Source: Octopus vulgaris (lineage: Eukaryota). From it: 64,000 nucleotides of DNA. A program made the translations under genes and the position numbers. Shown here piece by piece: positions 52,301 through 64,000 of the stretch. The notes below the pieces were generated by a model. The model was not told the DNA's origin. It saw only the letters and a list, made by a program, of their open reading frames with translations, and made no database searches. Position 1 is the first letter of the stretch; every line of letters begins with the position of its first letter. The stretch spans positions 45,012,001 through 45,076,000 of the forward strand of contig OX597824.1 of assembly GCA_951406725.2 (NCBI GenBank), read 5' to 3'.

Positions 52301-53077
52301 CATTTTTTAAAATTATGCCTGATAAAAAAAATTGTATTCTAAAATGCCTGATAAAAATTATAGTTCTTTTGCAACTTTTAGTGATCTAAAATTTTTTTTT
52401 TTTTCTAAAAGAATCAATATAACCTGTATGTTTGAATTGCACTTCAATTCAATGGGTTCAAATGCTGCTACAGATATTGCTTTAACACTTGAAGTAAGAC
52501 TCATAATTTCACAGACTTATTTAACATGAATTACTGTGAGGTTATGCAAATTCCACCAATTATTGAGTAGTTAGCAACAAAAGCATCTGCTTATAAACTC
52601 TCTATTCTTATGATTTTACCAAATAACTAAATTCACATCTTTTTTTTAAATACAAGTATGGAATTATATATATATATATTTGCATTCATGTATGTCTTTG
52701 AGTCTGTGTTTGTCCCTGCCACCACTGCTTAACAACTGGGGTTGGTTTGTTTATGTACCTGTAACTTATTGGTTTGACAAAAGAGATCAATAGAATAAGT
52801 ACCCAACTTAAAATATTAGTTCTGGGGTCAATTTGTTTGATTAAAACCATTCAACATGGTACCCCAACATGGCTGCAGCCTATTGACTGAAACAAGCAAA
52901 AGATACCCAATTTATATTTTGTAATTGTGTTTTACACATATCCTAATGTTGATCAGTTTTGCTAAAACAGACTCAGAATCAGTGAATCTATGCAATCAAT
53001 CACTTCAGACTCAACTAACAGGATTTCCCATAAACAAAATAATATATAGAAGCTTTTTATAGGAAGTAGTCTCTTAA

Positions 53078-53299
53078 CCCTTTTGTTAATGTATTTATTT
53101 TGAGATGCTCTGTATTTCTTTCAATTAATTTTAAACATAACAAAGAATTTAGTAAAATAACTTAGTTATCATTAAGCTAGTGTTAGGAACATAAATTGTC
53201 ACTAAGGTTTGGTGGAAGATTTTAATTCAAAACTTATGAAAACAAGACATTTATACTACAGAGCCAGAGCCGGTTTCAGCCGGGTTGATATCAAAAGGG
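53078..53299 (+). mobile_element. piggyBac-type MITE
   Basis: TTAA|cccttttgtta ... tatcaaaaggg|TTGA. Confidence 0.7.
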
Positions 53300-54391
53300 T
53301 TGATATCTTTAACTTTTGGAAAATCAAAAAGAAAAAAAAGGAAAAAGAAAATACAAGTGGCCTATTTACTAACACACACACTCTGAATAATTAATTCTGA
53401 GACTTCTATTGTTATTAAATATGTTCCAACTGAAAATATAAATTCACTCACAATCCAACCCAAATAATGTCTGACCTTAAGCAGAAACGTGCTTTTTCTT
53501 AAGGTCATGCAGTTATTCCGTTTGAACTGGCAGTTGTTAATCTCCCCTCTCCTTCATAAAATAATACTTTCCATTGGATAATTCTAGATATACTTCATTC
53601 TAAATTATTATCAATTGATTGTAGCTAGGCTTGGGACAAGAATATGAAAACTTGCGACAGAGTTGAGAACTATCAACATAGCACTTTCTCACACTTTCAT
53701 TGGTATTCTAGATAAGTTAAACAATAAAATATTTTTTATTGTTTTATCTTGACATGATTATCTAGAAGTCTTTATTTATTTATATAGCATGTAGTAGTAC
53801 TAAACATAATTGTTTTTCAGTATGTTCTTTTTTTTTTTTTTAATTATATTGTAACAGATTAGTTTGAATTTAACATAGGGCATATATGTTAATAAGAAAA
53901 ATCAAAGAGAGTGATAAAATATCTATAAAGAAAATTTGGCGGTGCTCCAGCATGGCCACAGTCAAAATGATTGAAACAAATAAAAGAATAATAATGATCA
54001 TTTTAACACTCATAAGATGTCTTCCAAAAATTTTATGACTTTTCAGGAGATATGTTTTTAATTTCAAAAAGCAAGTGATACTGTCAGTGAGCCATTGTTT
54101 ACAACCAGTGAAAATGAAGGAGATATACAAATTCTCTCTCTCTCTCCCTCACACACACATCTGGGACAAGTTTCCTTCAGTTTCCACCTACTGAATCCAA
54201 TTACAAAGCTTTGAAGAGCCTGAGGCTATGGAAGAAACTTGCCCAATGTAGGCCTGAACACAAAATCACATAGTTAGGAAGTAGTTTTCTTAGCCATATA
54301 GCCATACCTATAAATTTTTGTAAATTTGTAAAGCCTATAAATCACGAAATTTTATTACAGGGTGGGAGTGCTAAGCAGTGATGTGTATAAA

Positions 54392-54845
54392 TGCAATGTT
54401 ATTACCAGTTCAAATATGCCAGTGACACGTTCAGACTTGTAAACAGCCATTCAGTGTGTTTTGTCATGGAGAAAATTTCTTACTGAAGACAAATGGTGTA
54501 AATACACCTAAATCAGCTCACAGTGCTGCCTATCCAGACTGTGAGATGCAAGCATTTCAGAGAGGTTATCTCTTCAGTCACAGAAGCCAAACAGTAGTGC
54601 TGTGAGCTGATAAGAGAGACAATCTCTCTTATGTTACAAGTCCGAATGTGCCACTAGCACATTCGGACTTATATAACCACTCCAAAATGCTTGCTTCTCA
54701 CAGTCTGGATAGGTGGCACTGTAAGCTGATTTAGGTGTATTTACACCATTTGTCAACAGCAAGAAATTTTCTCCATGACAAAACACAGTGAATGGCTTGT
54801 TTATGAGTTCAAATCTGGCATATTTGAACTGCTAATAACATTGCA
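54392..54845. repeat. Long inverted repeat (~175-nt arms) enclosing short hairpins
   Basis: tgcaatgttattaccagttcaaatatgccag pairs with ctggcatatttgaactgctaataacattgca; arms ~54392-54569 and ~54673-54845. Confidence 0.95.
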
Positions 54846-55579
54846 AGAAATTTTAAGTATGAAACAATTAGGCATGTAATGCTTAATAGCAAAATTTTCA
54901 TTACTTGCTTGGCACAAACTATAGTGTTGAGCAAAGTTTGTTGCTTACTGTTATTATTACAATAAAGACAGAAAGTTGGCAAAAACTTAATTTTTGTTTC
55001 TCTGAGTTCAACTATGTTGAGGTTGTTTCTGTCTTTCATCCAAAAAGTTGATAAAATAACTATTATTATTATTATACTGAAATTGATGAAGTTGACTATA
55101 CCTTGTGTTTATGCACAAAACATTAATATTACAATTATTGAGAATAAGAAAATGGCATAAATGTTGGTATGAAAGCTTAGATGCTTTATACTATCAAATC
55201 TAACATCACACAATTTTGACCTATCAGGGTCAGATTTCCTTTTTAGCCTCTAGAATCATCAAAATAAATAAACAGCACTTTGAGTAAGGCTTTTAATTTC
55301 AAACTTGGTTAGGATTATTATTGTTGGTGTTATTACATAAAAATGGAGAAGCAATACATTAATGACTTACATTATTTATTCTCCTCCTTCTACATCTTCA
55401 GGTCAGTAACATAAGTGCTGGGGTTGATTCAGTTTCCTGTTCTTCTATCTTACAAATATGTTCCAGTGTAAGAAATCTACATTATAATATTAATGACCTT
55501 GATGCTCTTTGCCTCGCATTTCATTTTACTCTGTAGGATTCCACAGTTAATTAATGAAGTTATTTATTATTACTATGTA

Positions 55580-56490
55580 ACTAGTGATGATTTCATTCAA
55601 ATTATAAAAAAATAATCTGTAGGGTACAGTGTTCTTTTAAGTTAGTCAAAGGAAGAGGAGCAGTGCCAGTGACCTTTGCAGGGTTCCTGAGACGGGACAG
55701 ATTGATGCAGTTGAAGTTCACTTTGAACATTTTATAGTTTAATGAATGAAAAAAATTGGTAGGGAGGAGAATAAGAATTTCAGTGAATTGCAGTGTCTGA
55801 AGAACTTGAATGAAGTGCTGTTTAGTATGGAATCTAGGAGGTGACAAGTAAGAGTAATGGGAAGAGAAGTGAAAAGTGGTTACATGAACTTGGATGGTTA
55901 GGGTTTGAATCTAGATAGTTCAAAGGATTAGAGGCCATTGCAGTCATGGTAGAAGAGGTAGAAAAAGGGGGTAAAAAAGCACATCTGTGAGATAGTGATG
56001 GAAGCGTGTTAGTTTTTGTTAATCAATCCTATAGCTTTCTTTTGGATGTGTTCTAGGATGTTTGTGCTTGTGCAACAGTAGCACTGACTCACAAAAGGGA
56101 CCAGTACTGTAATGTGAATCTTACTTGAATGTCAGTAACTGATAAAACTAAGATATTTTATATCTCCTAACAAGGAATTATAGTATTTGTGGTGCAGTTT
56201 TGATGTTATGTGTGCAAAATCATCTGAAGTGATCATCAGAGATTATGAGGTCCAATATTTGTAGCAATTTTGAGGTTTTTAATGATGTTGTTCATGTGTA
56301 GATGGTAGGAACTTCTGTTATTGGAAATGATAGTTAGTAGATCATTAATGTCCACATTGAATGGTGTTGGTGACAAACCTGAACTTTGAGGTACACCAAA
56401 GTTCATAATATTGGCTACAAATAACTCCATCAGTACATGCTTCCGTGGTAGGAAGTTTAAGAAATGTGATTCTCATGAAACTTATAGGTG
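55580..56490 (-). mobile_element. CR1/L2-type LINE reverse transcriptase fossil
   Basis: GVPQSSGLSPTPFNVDINDLL matches the RT motif GVPQGS.LSP.LF..YINDL; downstream FYLFYHDCNGL. Confidence 0.8.
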
Positions 56491-56538
56491 GGCAATTTAG
56501 TGTATATATATATGTATAGAGAGAGAGAGAGAGAGAGA

Positions 56539-56955
56539 GGCATGGTTGTGTGGTAAGAAGCTTGCTTCTCAACTACATGGTTCCTGGTTCAGTCCCACTG
56601 CATGACATCTTGAGCAAATGTCTTCTACTATAGCCTTGACATCTTGAGCAAATGTCTTCTACTATAGCCTTGGACTGACCAAAGCCTTGTGAGTGGATTT
56701 GGTAGATGGAAACTGAAAGAAGCCTTTTGTATATATATTTATTTGTATGTGTTTGAGTTTATCCCCCATCACCACCTGATAACCAGTGTTGCTGTGTTTA
56801 CATCCCTGTAACTTAGTGGTTCAGCAAAAGTAACCAATAGAATAAGTACTAGGTTTAAAAAATAACTCCTGGAGTCAACTTGTTTGACTAAAATTCTTCA
56901 GGCAGTGTTTCAGCATGGTTGCAGTCAATCAAATGACTGAAACAAGTAAAAGAAT
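56539..56955 (+). mobile_element. SINE family A with internal 34-bp tandem duplication (56603-56670)
   Basis: Family A match; tgacatcttgagcaaatgtcttctactatagcct twice. Confidence 0.9.
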
Positions 56956-58019
56956 ATGTAAGTACCTGCTTTGCCCAGCATGGTGAGTTCAAATGGGAAC
57001 TAGACAAATATTACCTCCATTAATATTTTATTATATTAAATGTTTTTATTTATTTATCCTAAGAAAGTGACTATTGTGTCTGAAGCGGAGAAACATTATC
57101 AAAAAAAAATAAAATGATTAAAAAAAAAATGCAATGACAATAGCAAAAGACAAGAAATTAATGCAACATAAATGTCATAATTACCAAGATGTGAGTGTAC
57201 CTGATGCTTACTTTACCTTCAATAAAATATTTGCTATGTGAGCTATCAAATATTGACGGCTATCTCTTTATGCATTTATTTCTGTTTGTATTTAAAGAAA
57301 TTCTTTTTGAAGTTCATTATAATCATTGCCTTTTTTTGGAAAAAAGAACCTAAAAAACATGCTTATTTAACTGTAATTCTCTTGTGTTAATTTATTTTCT
57401 TTCTTTCACTGATTGGGTGATTTCAATCATTGGGTGTAGGGTGATGAGTACCTCAACAGGAGAATAATGCTTTTTTTGTTTGTTTTTGTGAGTGTTTTCA
57501 TGGATTCTTTTTTCTTCTATTTTCTTTTCTTGTTGCTGCTTATAGACTGATTCCCTCCACCCTCAAGTTCTTAGGTTACACAGTTGCCCCTCTTGACAAC
57601 ATACTCACGTGGAATGCTGAACAATCTGCTATTCTGTCGAAACCATCTTTGTTAAATCTACCTTATATGGTGACTCTAGAAAGCTGTTGCTTTTTTACTT
57701 AAGTAGTAACTTTATAGGCTTTCTTGCTGTACACATATCACTGTTTTAGTGCTTAATTGTAGTATTCTCAGAGTGATAGTTATATCATAAAAGTTGTGTA
57801 TATATACTTGAAAGGTAGCACAACATTAAATAGATTCTCTTTTAATATATCTAGTGAACTATGTGTGTGTGTGTGAACAAAACTGTACTTTATGTATTTT
57901 TATTTTTATTTGTAACTGAAATTCCCAATGGCTTAATTCCAGTTTCAGGAATCATTAGAATTATTTAAATACATTAAAATAATAATATAATTTTGGTGTA
58001 TGATGTGGTATGGATCACT

Positions 58020-58350
58020 TTGATCTCTTTGCTTCTCCCACCATTTCTCTCTCACCTTTGGGTGCACATCTCTCTCTCTTTCTCTCTCCATCCTACTTTT
58101 TTTTACCCCTTTCAGTCTCACCCCTATCTATTTTCACCTATCTCCTTTCCTCTGTTGCCCTCCCCCCACTTCACACATTATATATATATAGTGTGTGTGT
58201 ATGTGTCATTCTGTCTCTCTCTCTCTGTTTTCTCCATCCCTCTCTATCACTTTTTTATATCTGTCTCTCTCTTTTGCTTCCCATTTCTCTTCCTTCCTCC
58301 CTCTCTTCTTCTCCATCTTCTCCCCACTCTCCCTTCTCCTCTCTCTAGAC
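58020..58350. repeat. CT-rich low-complexity tract
   Basis: Polypyrimidine composition; explains ORFs 57993, 58010 and 58195. Confidence 0.85.
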
Positions 58351-59009
58351 TGTATTTCTAATATTACTTATTGTTTAGAGATACATTGAAACTAATAGTG
58401 GCCTCCAAATTATTGATATACCTTTCTGGTTCACGTGCACTAAATATTTATTATCCAGTGACTGTTTCTTCATGATGATAAAAGTTTCCATTCTTTGACA
58501 CAAACTTCTTATTTCTGCAAAGCACTATTGGTTCATTTTTCTGACTCTTCAAAGTAGATGTAGGGTTTGCAATTGATTATTTAAACGTTTGTTCTTGTCA
58601 AGCTTAAGGATTAAATGATTAACTCTTTCCTAATCTATTAAAAAAAAAAAAGATCTTCGTACTTAAAAGTGAAAGCCATGTATTATTCAACATCACTCAG
58701 CTCAGTATTTCTAAAAATTAAAAAAAATAAGTGATGTTGAGGCTACTTCATGAAGCATGATATAATAACAGTAATGGTATATCCAATAATGTTAGACTGC
58801 TGTATTTAGTAGCTATTTAAGCAATGTGTTCATGGATAATGAAGGGGGAAAAACTCCCAAAGGCATATATGCCCATTAGCCTTTTTCACTTTCAATCTCA
58901 TTGTTTGTTTACATCTAATGTCTCAGATATGAAATGTAATAAAAATCAGTGTAAGCTAACATTTTTATAGAATATCTGTAATACTAATAATAATGATATT
59001 ATTAGTAAT

Positions 59010-60895
59010 AATAATTTCAAATTTTGGCACAAGACCAGCCAGTTCGGGGGAGGAGATAAGTTGATTTTGACCCCTGTGCTCAACTGGTACATATTTTACT
59101 AATCCCCAAAAGATGAAAGGTAAAGTCAACCTCAGTGAATTTGAACTCAGAATTTAAAGACAAGTGAAATGCTGCTAAGCATTTTGCCCCACCTGCTAAC
59201 AATTGTACCACCTCACTGCCTTAATTGTCATTATCATATTGGAGGATGTTTCCGTGATTTCTGCTTATAGAGCAAAAATGCTTTGCAGCATTTCATCCCG
59301 TCTTTATGTCCTGAGTTCAAATTCTGATGAGGTCGACTTTGCCTTTCTTCCTTTCAGTGTTGATGAAATAAGTACCAGTATAGCACTGGGGTCAATGTAA
59401 TCAACTTACCTCCTCCCTCCAATTTTCAGGCCTTGTGCCCATAGTAGAAATGATTATTATTATTATTATTATTATCATTATTATTATTATATATTTTATT
59501 ATTAATAATAATAATAACCCTTTCTACTATAGGCTGGGAGAGGGGACTAGTCGATTATATTGACCCCAGTACTTATTTTATCGACCCCGAAAGGATGAAA
59601 GGCAAAGCTGACCCTAACAGAATTTGAACTCTGAACATAGACAGGCGAAATGCTTAGTGGCATTTCACCTGTCTAATGATTCTGCCAGCTTGCTGCCTTA
59701 TTAATAAAAGTAAAAACAATAATAACAATGTTTCAAATTTCAGCACATGGTCATAAGTTTTTTTAGGGTAAAAGGCAGGTTAGTTGGTAACATCAATTCC
59801 AGTACTTGACCAGTATTTTATTTTATTATTATTATCAATAATAATAATAATAACTTCAAATTTTGGCACAAGGCTAACAAGTTCATGGATGGGATAAGCT
59901 GATTATATTGACCTTGGTGGAATTTGAACTCAGAATGTAGAAACAGGCAAAATGCCGCTAAACATTATGACTAGTGTGCTAATAATTCTACCAGCTTGCC
60001 ACTCTAAATATTGGTTTCAAATTTTGGCACAAGGTCAGCAAGTTCAGAGGAGGGGATTAACCAATTACATTGACCCCAGTGTTCAACTGGAAATTATTTT
60101 ATTGGCCCCCTAAAGGATAAAAGGCAAAGTTGACCTTGGCGAAATATGAACTCAGGACATTAAAACAGACAACATACCACTATGCATTTTGCACAGTGTA
60201 CTAATGATTCTACAATAATAGTAATTATAATAATAGTTTCTAATTTAGGCTCAAGGCCAGAAAGTTTGAGGAGAGGGCTTTGGTCAATACCAAGAACCCT
60301 ATTACTTGGTTGGTACTTTATTATACCATTCCCAGAGAGATAAAAGGCAAAGTTGATCTTGATAGGATTTGAACTCAAACTATTAAGTGCCAGAACAAAT
60401 ATACAATGCATTTTCTTTTTTCGGCACTAACAATTCTGCCATTTCATTGCCCTCATAATTTCTAATTTATCCCACAATAATGAGTGCACTTGATAAAATC
60501 AACCCCAGTACTTGATTGATACTTCATTTTATCAAATTCAGAAGGGTGAAAGTTAAAGCTGATGTCAGTGAGATTTGAGCTCATAATGTAAAGAGATGGA
60601 ACAAATACAAGTCTGATACTCTCACAAGTGTATCAATGTATTTCAATAATAATAATAATGATGATGATAATAATGGTTTCGAATTTTGGCACAAGGCCAG
60701 CAATTTTAGGGGCGAGGTAAGTTGATTTCATCAGTACAAGTACTTATTATATCTGTACTTATTATATCTACCTCAAAAGGATGAAAGCCAATGTTGACCT
60801 TGGCAGCATTTGAACTCAGAATGTAAAGTTGGAAGAAATGCCAGTAAATATTTTGTCCAGCATACTAACAATTCTACCAGCTCACTACCTTAACA
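59010..60895 (-). mobile_element. Cluster of about nine family B SINE copies separated by AAT-rich spacers; one copy (59240-59455) on +
   Basis: tttc.aattt..gcacaagg...ga.tttgaactc recurs near 59015, 59520, 59730, 59855, 60015, 60237, 60490 and 60677. Confidence 0.85.
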
Positions 60896-61617
60896 ATAAC
60901 AATGCGGTGACAAACTAAATATAATTGATATTACAATATATATTTAAAAATAGAATTGTATGCGTAATATGACAGGTGGTCACAGTCTAATAAACTAGAG
61001 TAGAAATGTTTAGTATTTTATTCGTTTAAGTTATTATGCGGGTAATATTCAGTAATTGTAGTAGCTACTCGCTCCTACAATTTTGATCTCAAGCATTTTA
61101 TATATATATATTTATATATATATATATATTCATAGTGTAAATAACATAGTGGACTCTACTGATATGGATAGCTTAACAACAGAGCTTCTTATGCAAGGAG
61201 GTATGTGTTTTTTTCTGTTGACCTTCAGATTTTTGCGTACTTGTATTAGCTTCGTTTAATTAAAACAGTCTTTCTTATGTTTAAACTGAAGTAAAGCATT
61301 TGATGTTTTTACATGACTGTATAGTATTTGCTTCATAAATTTCATCTCACCTCCCAATCTCAATTACTATTGGTAAGAGAAAGGATAGATCAAATCTGCA
61401 TTAGTAAACAGGAACATTAAAACTTAGGATATTTTTCATGTACTTTAGAATGCAGTTCATTTAATTAACAATGGTTTTATTTATTTTGGAACACTGTTTG
61501 CAGTGTAGATTTAAAGTAAAATTGACTCAAGATTTTAAAACTTAACTAAAATGTTTTGTTTCTTACCCAAGTTTCAATATCTATATTTAATTTTTTCCTT
61601 TAATTGTTAACTACTAA

Positions 61618-61819
61618 CCCTTTAACTGTCTTGTGTATCTCATGTGACACATGAGACATATTTCCTGGTGTCCATGTATTGTATACAATACACATTCCCA
61701 ATCTTTTTCAACCACCAGAGTAACTAAGGACTTAGTAAAGCTTTATATTACTCAGAACATATAAAACAAGAATGGGTGTTTAAGACAAACTTATGAAAAT
61801 ATTTTGGACAGGCAAAGGG
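61618..61819 (+). mobile_element. piggyBac-type MITE with internal palindromes
   Basis: CTAA|ccctttaactgtc ... gacaggcaaaggg|TTAA; internal tctcatgtg-a-cacatgaga and tgtattgtatacaataca. Confidence 0.65.
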
Positions 61820-63853
61820 TTAAGCAATTTTTTGTTACATCTATATATTTATTCATAATGCCATCTCTGTCAGATATGTGATATCTGAATTCTTCTATAT
61901 ATCTTCATATGTTTTTCAAAGAAGCAATTTTTGAAATTTAGTCTAATTTTAACAAAATGTAATTTATTCAGTTTGTTCAGTCCAAAACTCAGTGTTTATT
62001 CTTCATAAAATTAACTTTATGCTATCATAGAATGAAGTCTTATCTATATCACAGAATAACATTAAATTTCTTTTTATAGTCATTTTTTTTCCTTTTATTC
62101 TAGTTGACTCTTTCTCCACTCTCTTTTTCTCTAGCTCTTCCCTCTTTCTCTTCCACTTTTTGATTTTTTTTTTTAACAGTTTTAAGATTTTAAACTTGGG
62201 CAACATTTTATGTATGTCTTGCATGTGTGTGAACATTAATTTTTAAGTAGTTTCAATATGCATTTTAAAATTTGACTGCCACTGAATATGTTAAAAAAGA
62301 TCAATGAAATGACCTTAGCTGAACTGATTACGCACTTCCTTCTGTTATGAATCAAATGTTTTGCTTTGGGTTAAAATTTTCCATTGCTATTTCTCTTGAA
62401 TTTCAACTTAAAATTACAAATAATCGTTGTTAATACTTTCTTATGAAGAAGTGTAAAAAGGAAATTGTAATATTGATGTTTCGTATATATTTAACTTTTC
62501 AAATATTCAAATGAAAAATAGTTAATGGACTGTTGACAGAAAAAAAAGCAACTGTCATATATTTACCTCCTATGTAATATTGATAATGGTTTCTAATTTT
62601 GGCACAAGGCCAGCAATTTTGAGGAGAGAGTATTAGTCCCATTGATCCTGGGAGGATGAAGGACAAACTCAGAATGTAAAGAGCTGGAACAAATATTGCA
62701 GTCTTGCCCTCATCCATAGCAATAATAATGCTCATAACTAAATACTGAAGCATTTGAGACACTGGAGCAGGACATTCAATGTGAGCCATTGAATCCCTTC
62801 AAACCATCCTACCCATGGAAAGCAGACAAAATAATGACGACAATGGTTTTGCCTGAACTCTAACAGTTTTGATAATTCATTGCTCTGTAATCTTTTTAAA
62901 AGAAACTGTTTTCCCTTTCCATTGTGGCTTTACAAACGAATGGGTATCCAACTCTATAATACAAATATTACAAATTCATGAAGATGTACAATTCATCAGA
63001 TCAGTGTCCTGAAAAAGATAATAAAAACAAAAAAAACCACAAAAGTAAATGCACACACACACAAGAGTGCGATTTGAATTTGAAACATACTTGAAAATTC
63101 TTAAATGTAAACTGAATAAAAGAGCATCTAGCTGTAGACACTACACCAAAACAAACAGAACTTGGTGTGGTCTTCTGGTTTGCCAGTTCCTGTCAGACTG
63201 TCCCACCCTACCAGCATGGAAAATGGATGTTAAAGGATCATGATGAGATATTCAGGTGGAAGTGTTATTTATTTGGATTTTCACTTCTGCTTTTCAAAAG
63301 CTGTTAGCCATATTTATTTAACAGACAGTTAGTGTGGATTTTTTTTCACTTGGAGTTATTGGGTTTTAATCATATAAAAATTTGGGCGTTTTCTAGTATT
63401 TAATAATGTTAGAGAATGTAGCAGCAACATTATTGTTGAACAATTTCTTGTTGAAACAATCTGCAGTACTAATCACTTTAGAAATAACTCAGTCATTTCT
63501 CTACAAATATTTAACTTCATGTCACAGTAAGAACTCTTCATTTGATTTAATATGAACCAAAATTAATGATTTCAAAATCAGTCATTTGACCATCACTTGT
63601 AATAGCCACAACATAATTATTGTTTTCTACATTACATTGACAGGATTGGAGCAAAAAGGAAATATTAAAAATGTTGACTGTTTAAACTATGGAGTTTACA
63701 AATAATTTTATTTTCAAAATTTTAGGCATTATGGACTTAAGACTGAGTTTTCAGAAATATGTTATTACCTTTGAGTGATTGATTTTGGGAATTTAACAAT
63801 AATTTTTAAATGTTTTTTTTACCATGTTAAATTTTGTTTTTCTTCTTTTACAG

Positions 63854-63923
63854 GAGGTCCTTCAACAAATTTTAATCATGAGACTACCTAACATTCAGTT
63901 AGTTTGTAGAGAACCTGAAAAGG
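63854..63923 (+). CDS. CCDC88A: Girdin/Daple-like coding exon 4: EVLQQILIMRLPNIQLVCREPEK; gene continues past the window
   Basis: Acceptor tcttcttttacag, donor gttagt, phase 0 to 1; resembles Girdin ETLQQLIMMSLPNV. Confidence 0.9.
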
Positions 63924-64000
63924 GTTAGTATTTCTTATTTTTATTCTGCCCCTCCCCCTCTCTCTCTCTTCCTATTTCTCTCTCTTCCTCTCTCCTCCTC

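Noticed and set aside
57993-58389. Hydrophobic membrane-like ORFs
   Set aside because: Artefact of the CT-rich tract
59010-60895. CRISPR-like repeat-spacer array
   Set aside because: Units are ~200-nt diverged SINEs in eukaryotic DNA with no cas genes

Overview
AT-rich, repeat-dense animal DNA, not prokaryotic; the SINE repertoire and huge introns suggest an octopus or other coleoid cephalopod (inference). The window holds the first four coding exons of a + strand Girdin/Daple (CCDC88, HOOK-related) gene: 2831-2881, 4808-4896, 43868-43973 and 63854-63923. Splice sites are GT-AG and phases agree, giving MASPPEECFMQSPLVIW-IDTFREANSPAIQYKDIYGGVFLTTVMNQI-DPQTVYSKVNTNISDVNARIQNWDNLVKNIKAYYL-EVLQQILIMRLPNIQLVCREPEK. 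The introns (1.9, 39 and 19.9 kb) contain several SINE families, microsatellites, and fossils of Penelope-like, CR1/L2, Tx1, hAT, mariner, piggyBac and Helitron elements. Highlights: (1) two copies of a Penelope terminal module that couples a tRNA-like Pol III promoter to a minimal hammerhead ribozyme; (2) four long intronic fold-back structures (16.0, 36.4, 38.0-39.0 and 54.4 kb) plus inverted SINE clusters, candidate dsRNA substrates for ADAR or small-RNA processing; (3) three Helitron elements around exon 3; (4) a CpG-retaining 5' region against a CpG-depleted gene body. Nearly all ORFs in the supplied track are spurious. Everything was read by eye and repeat boundaries are approximate.
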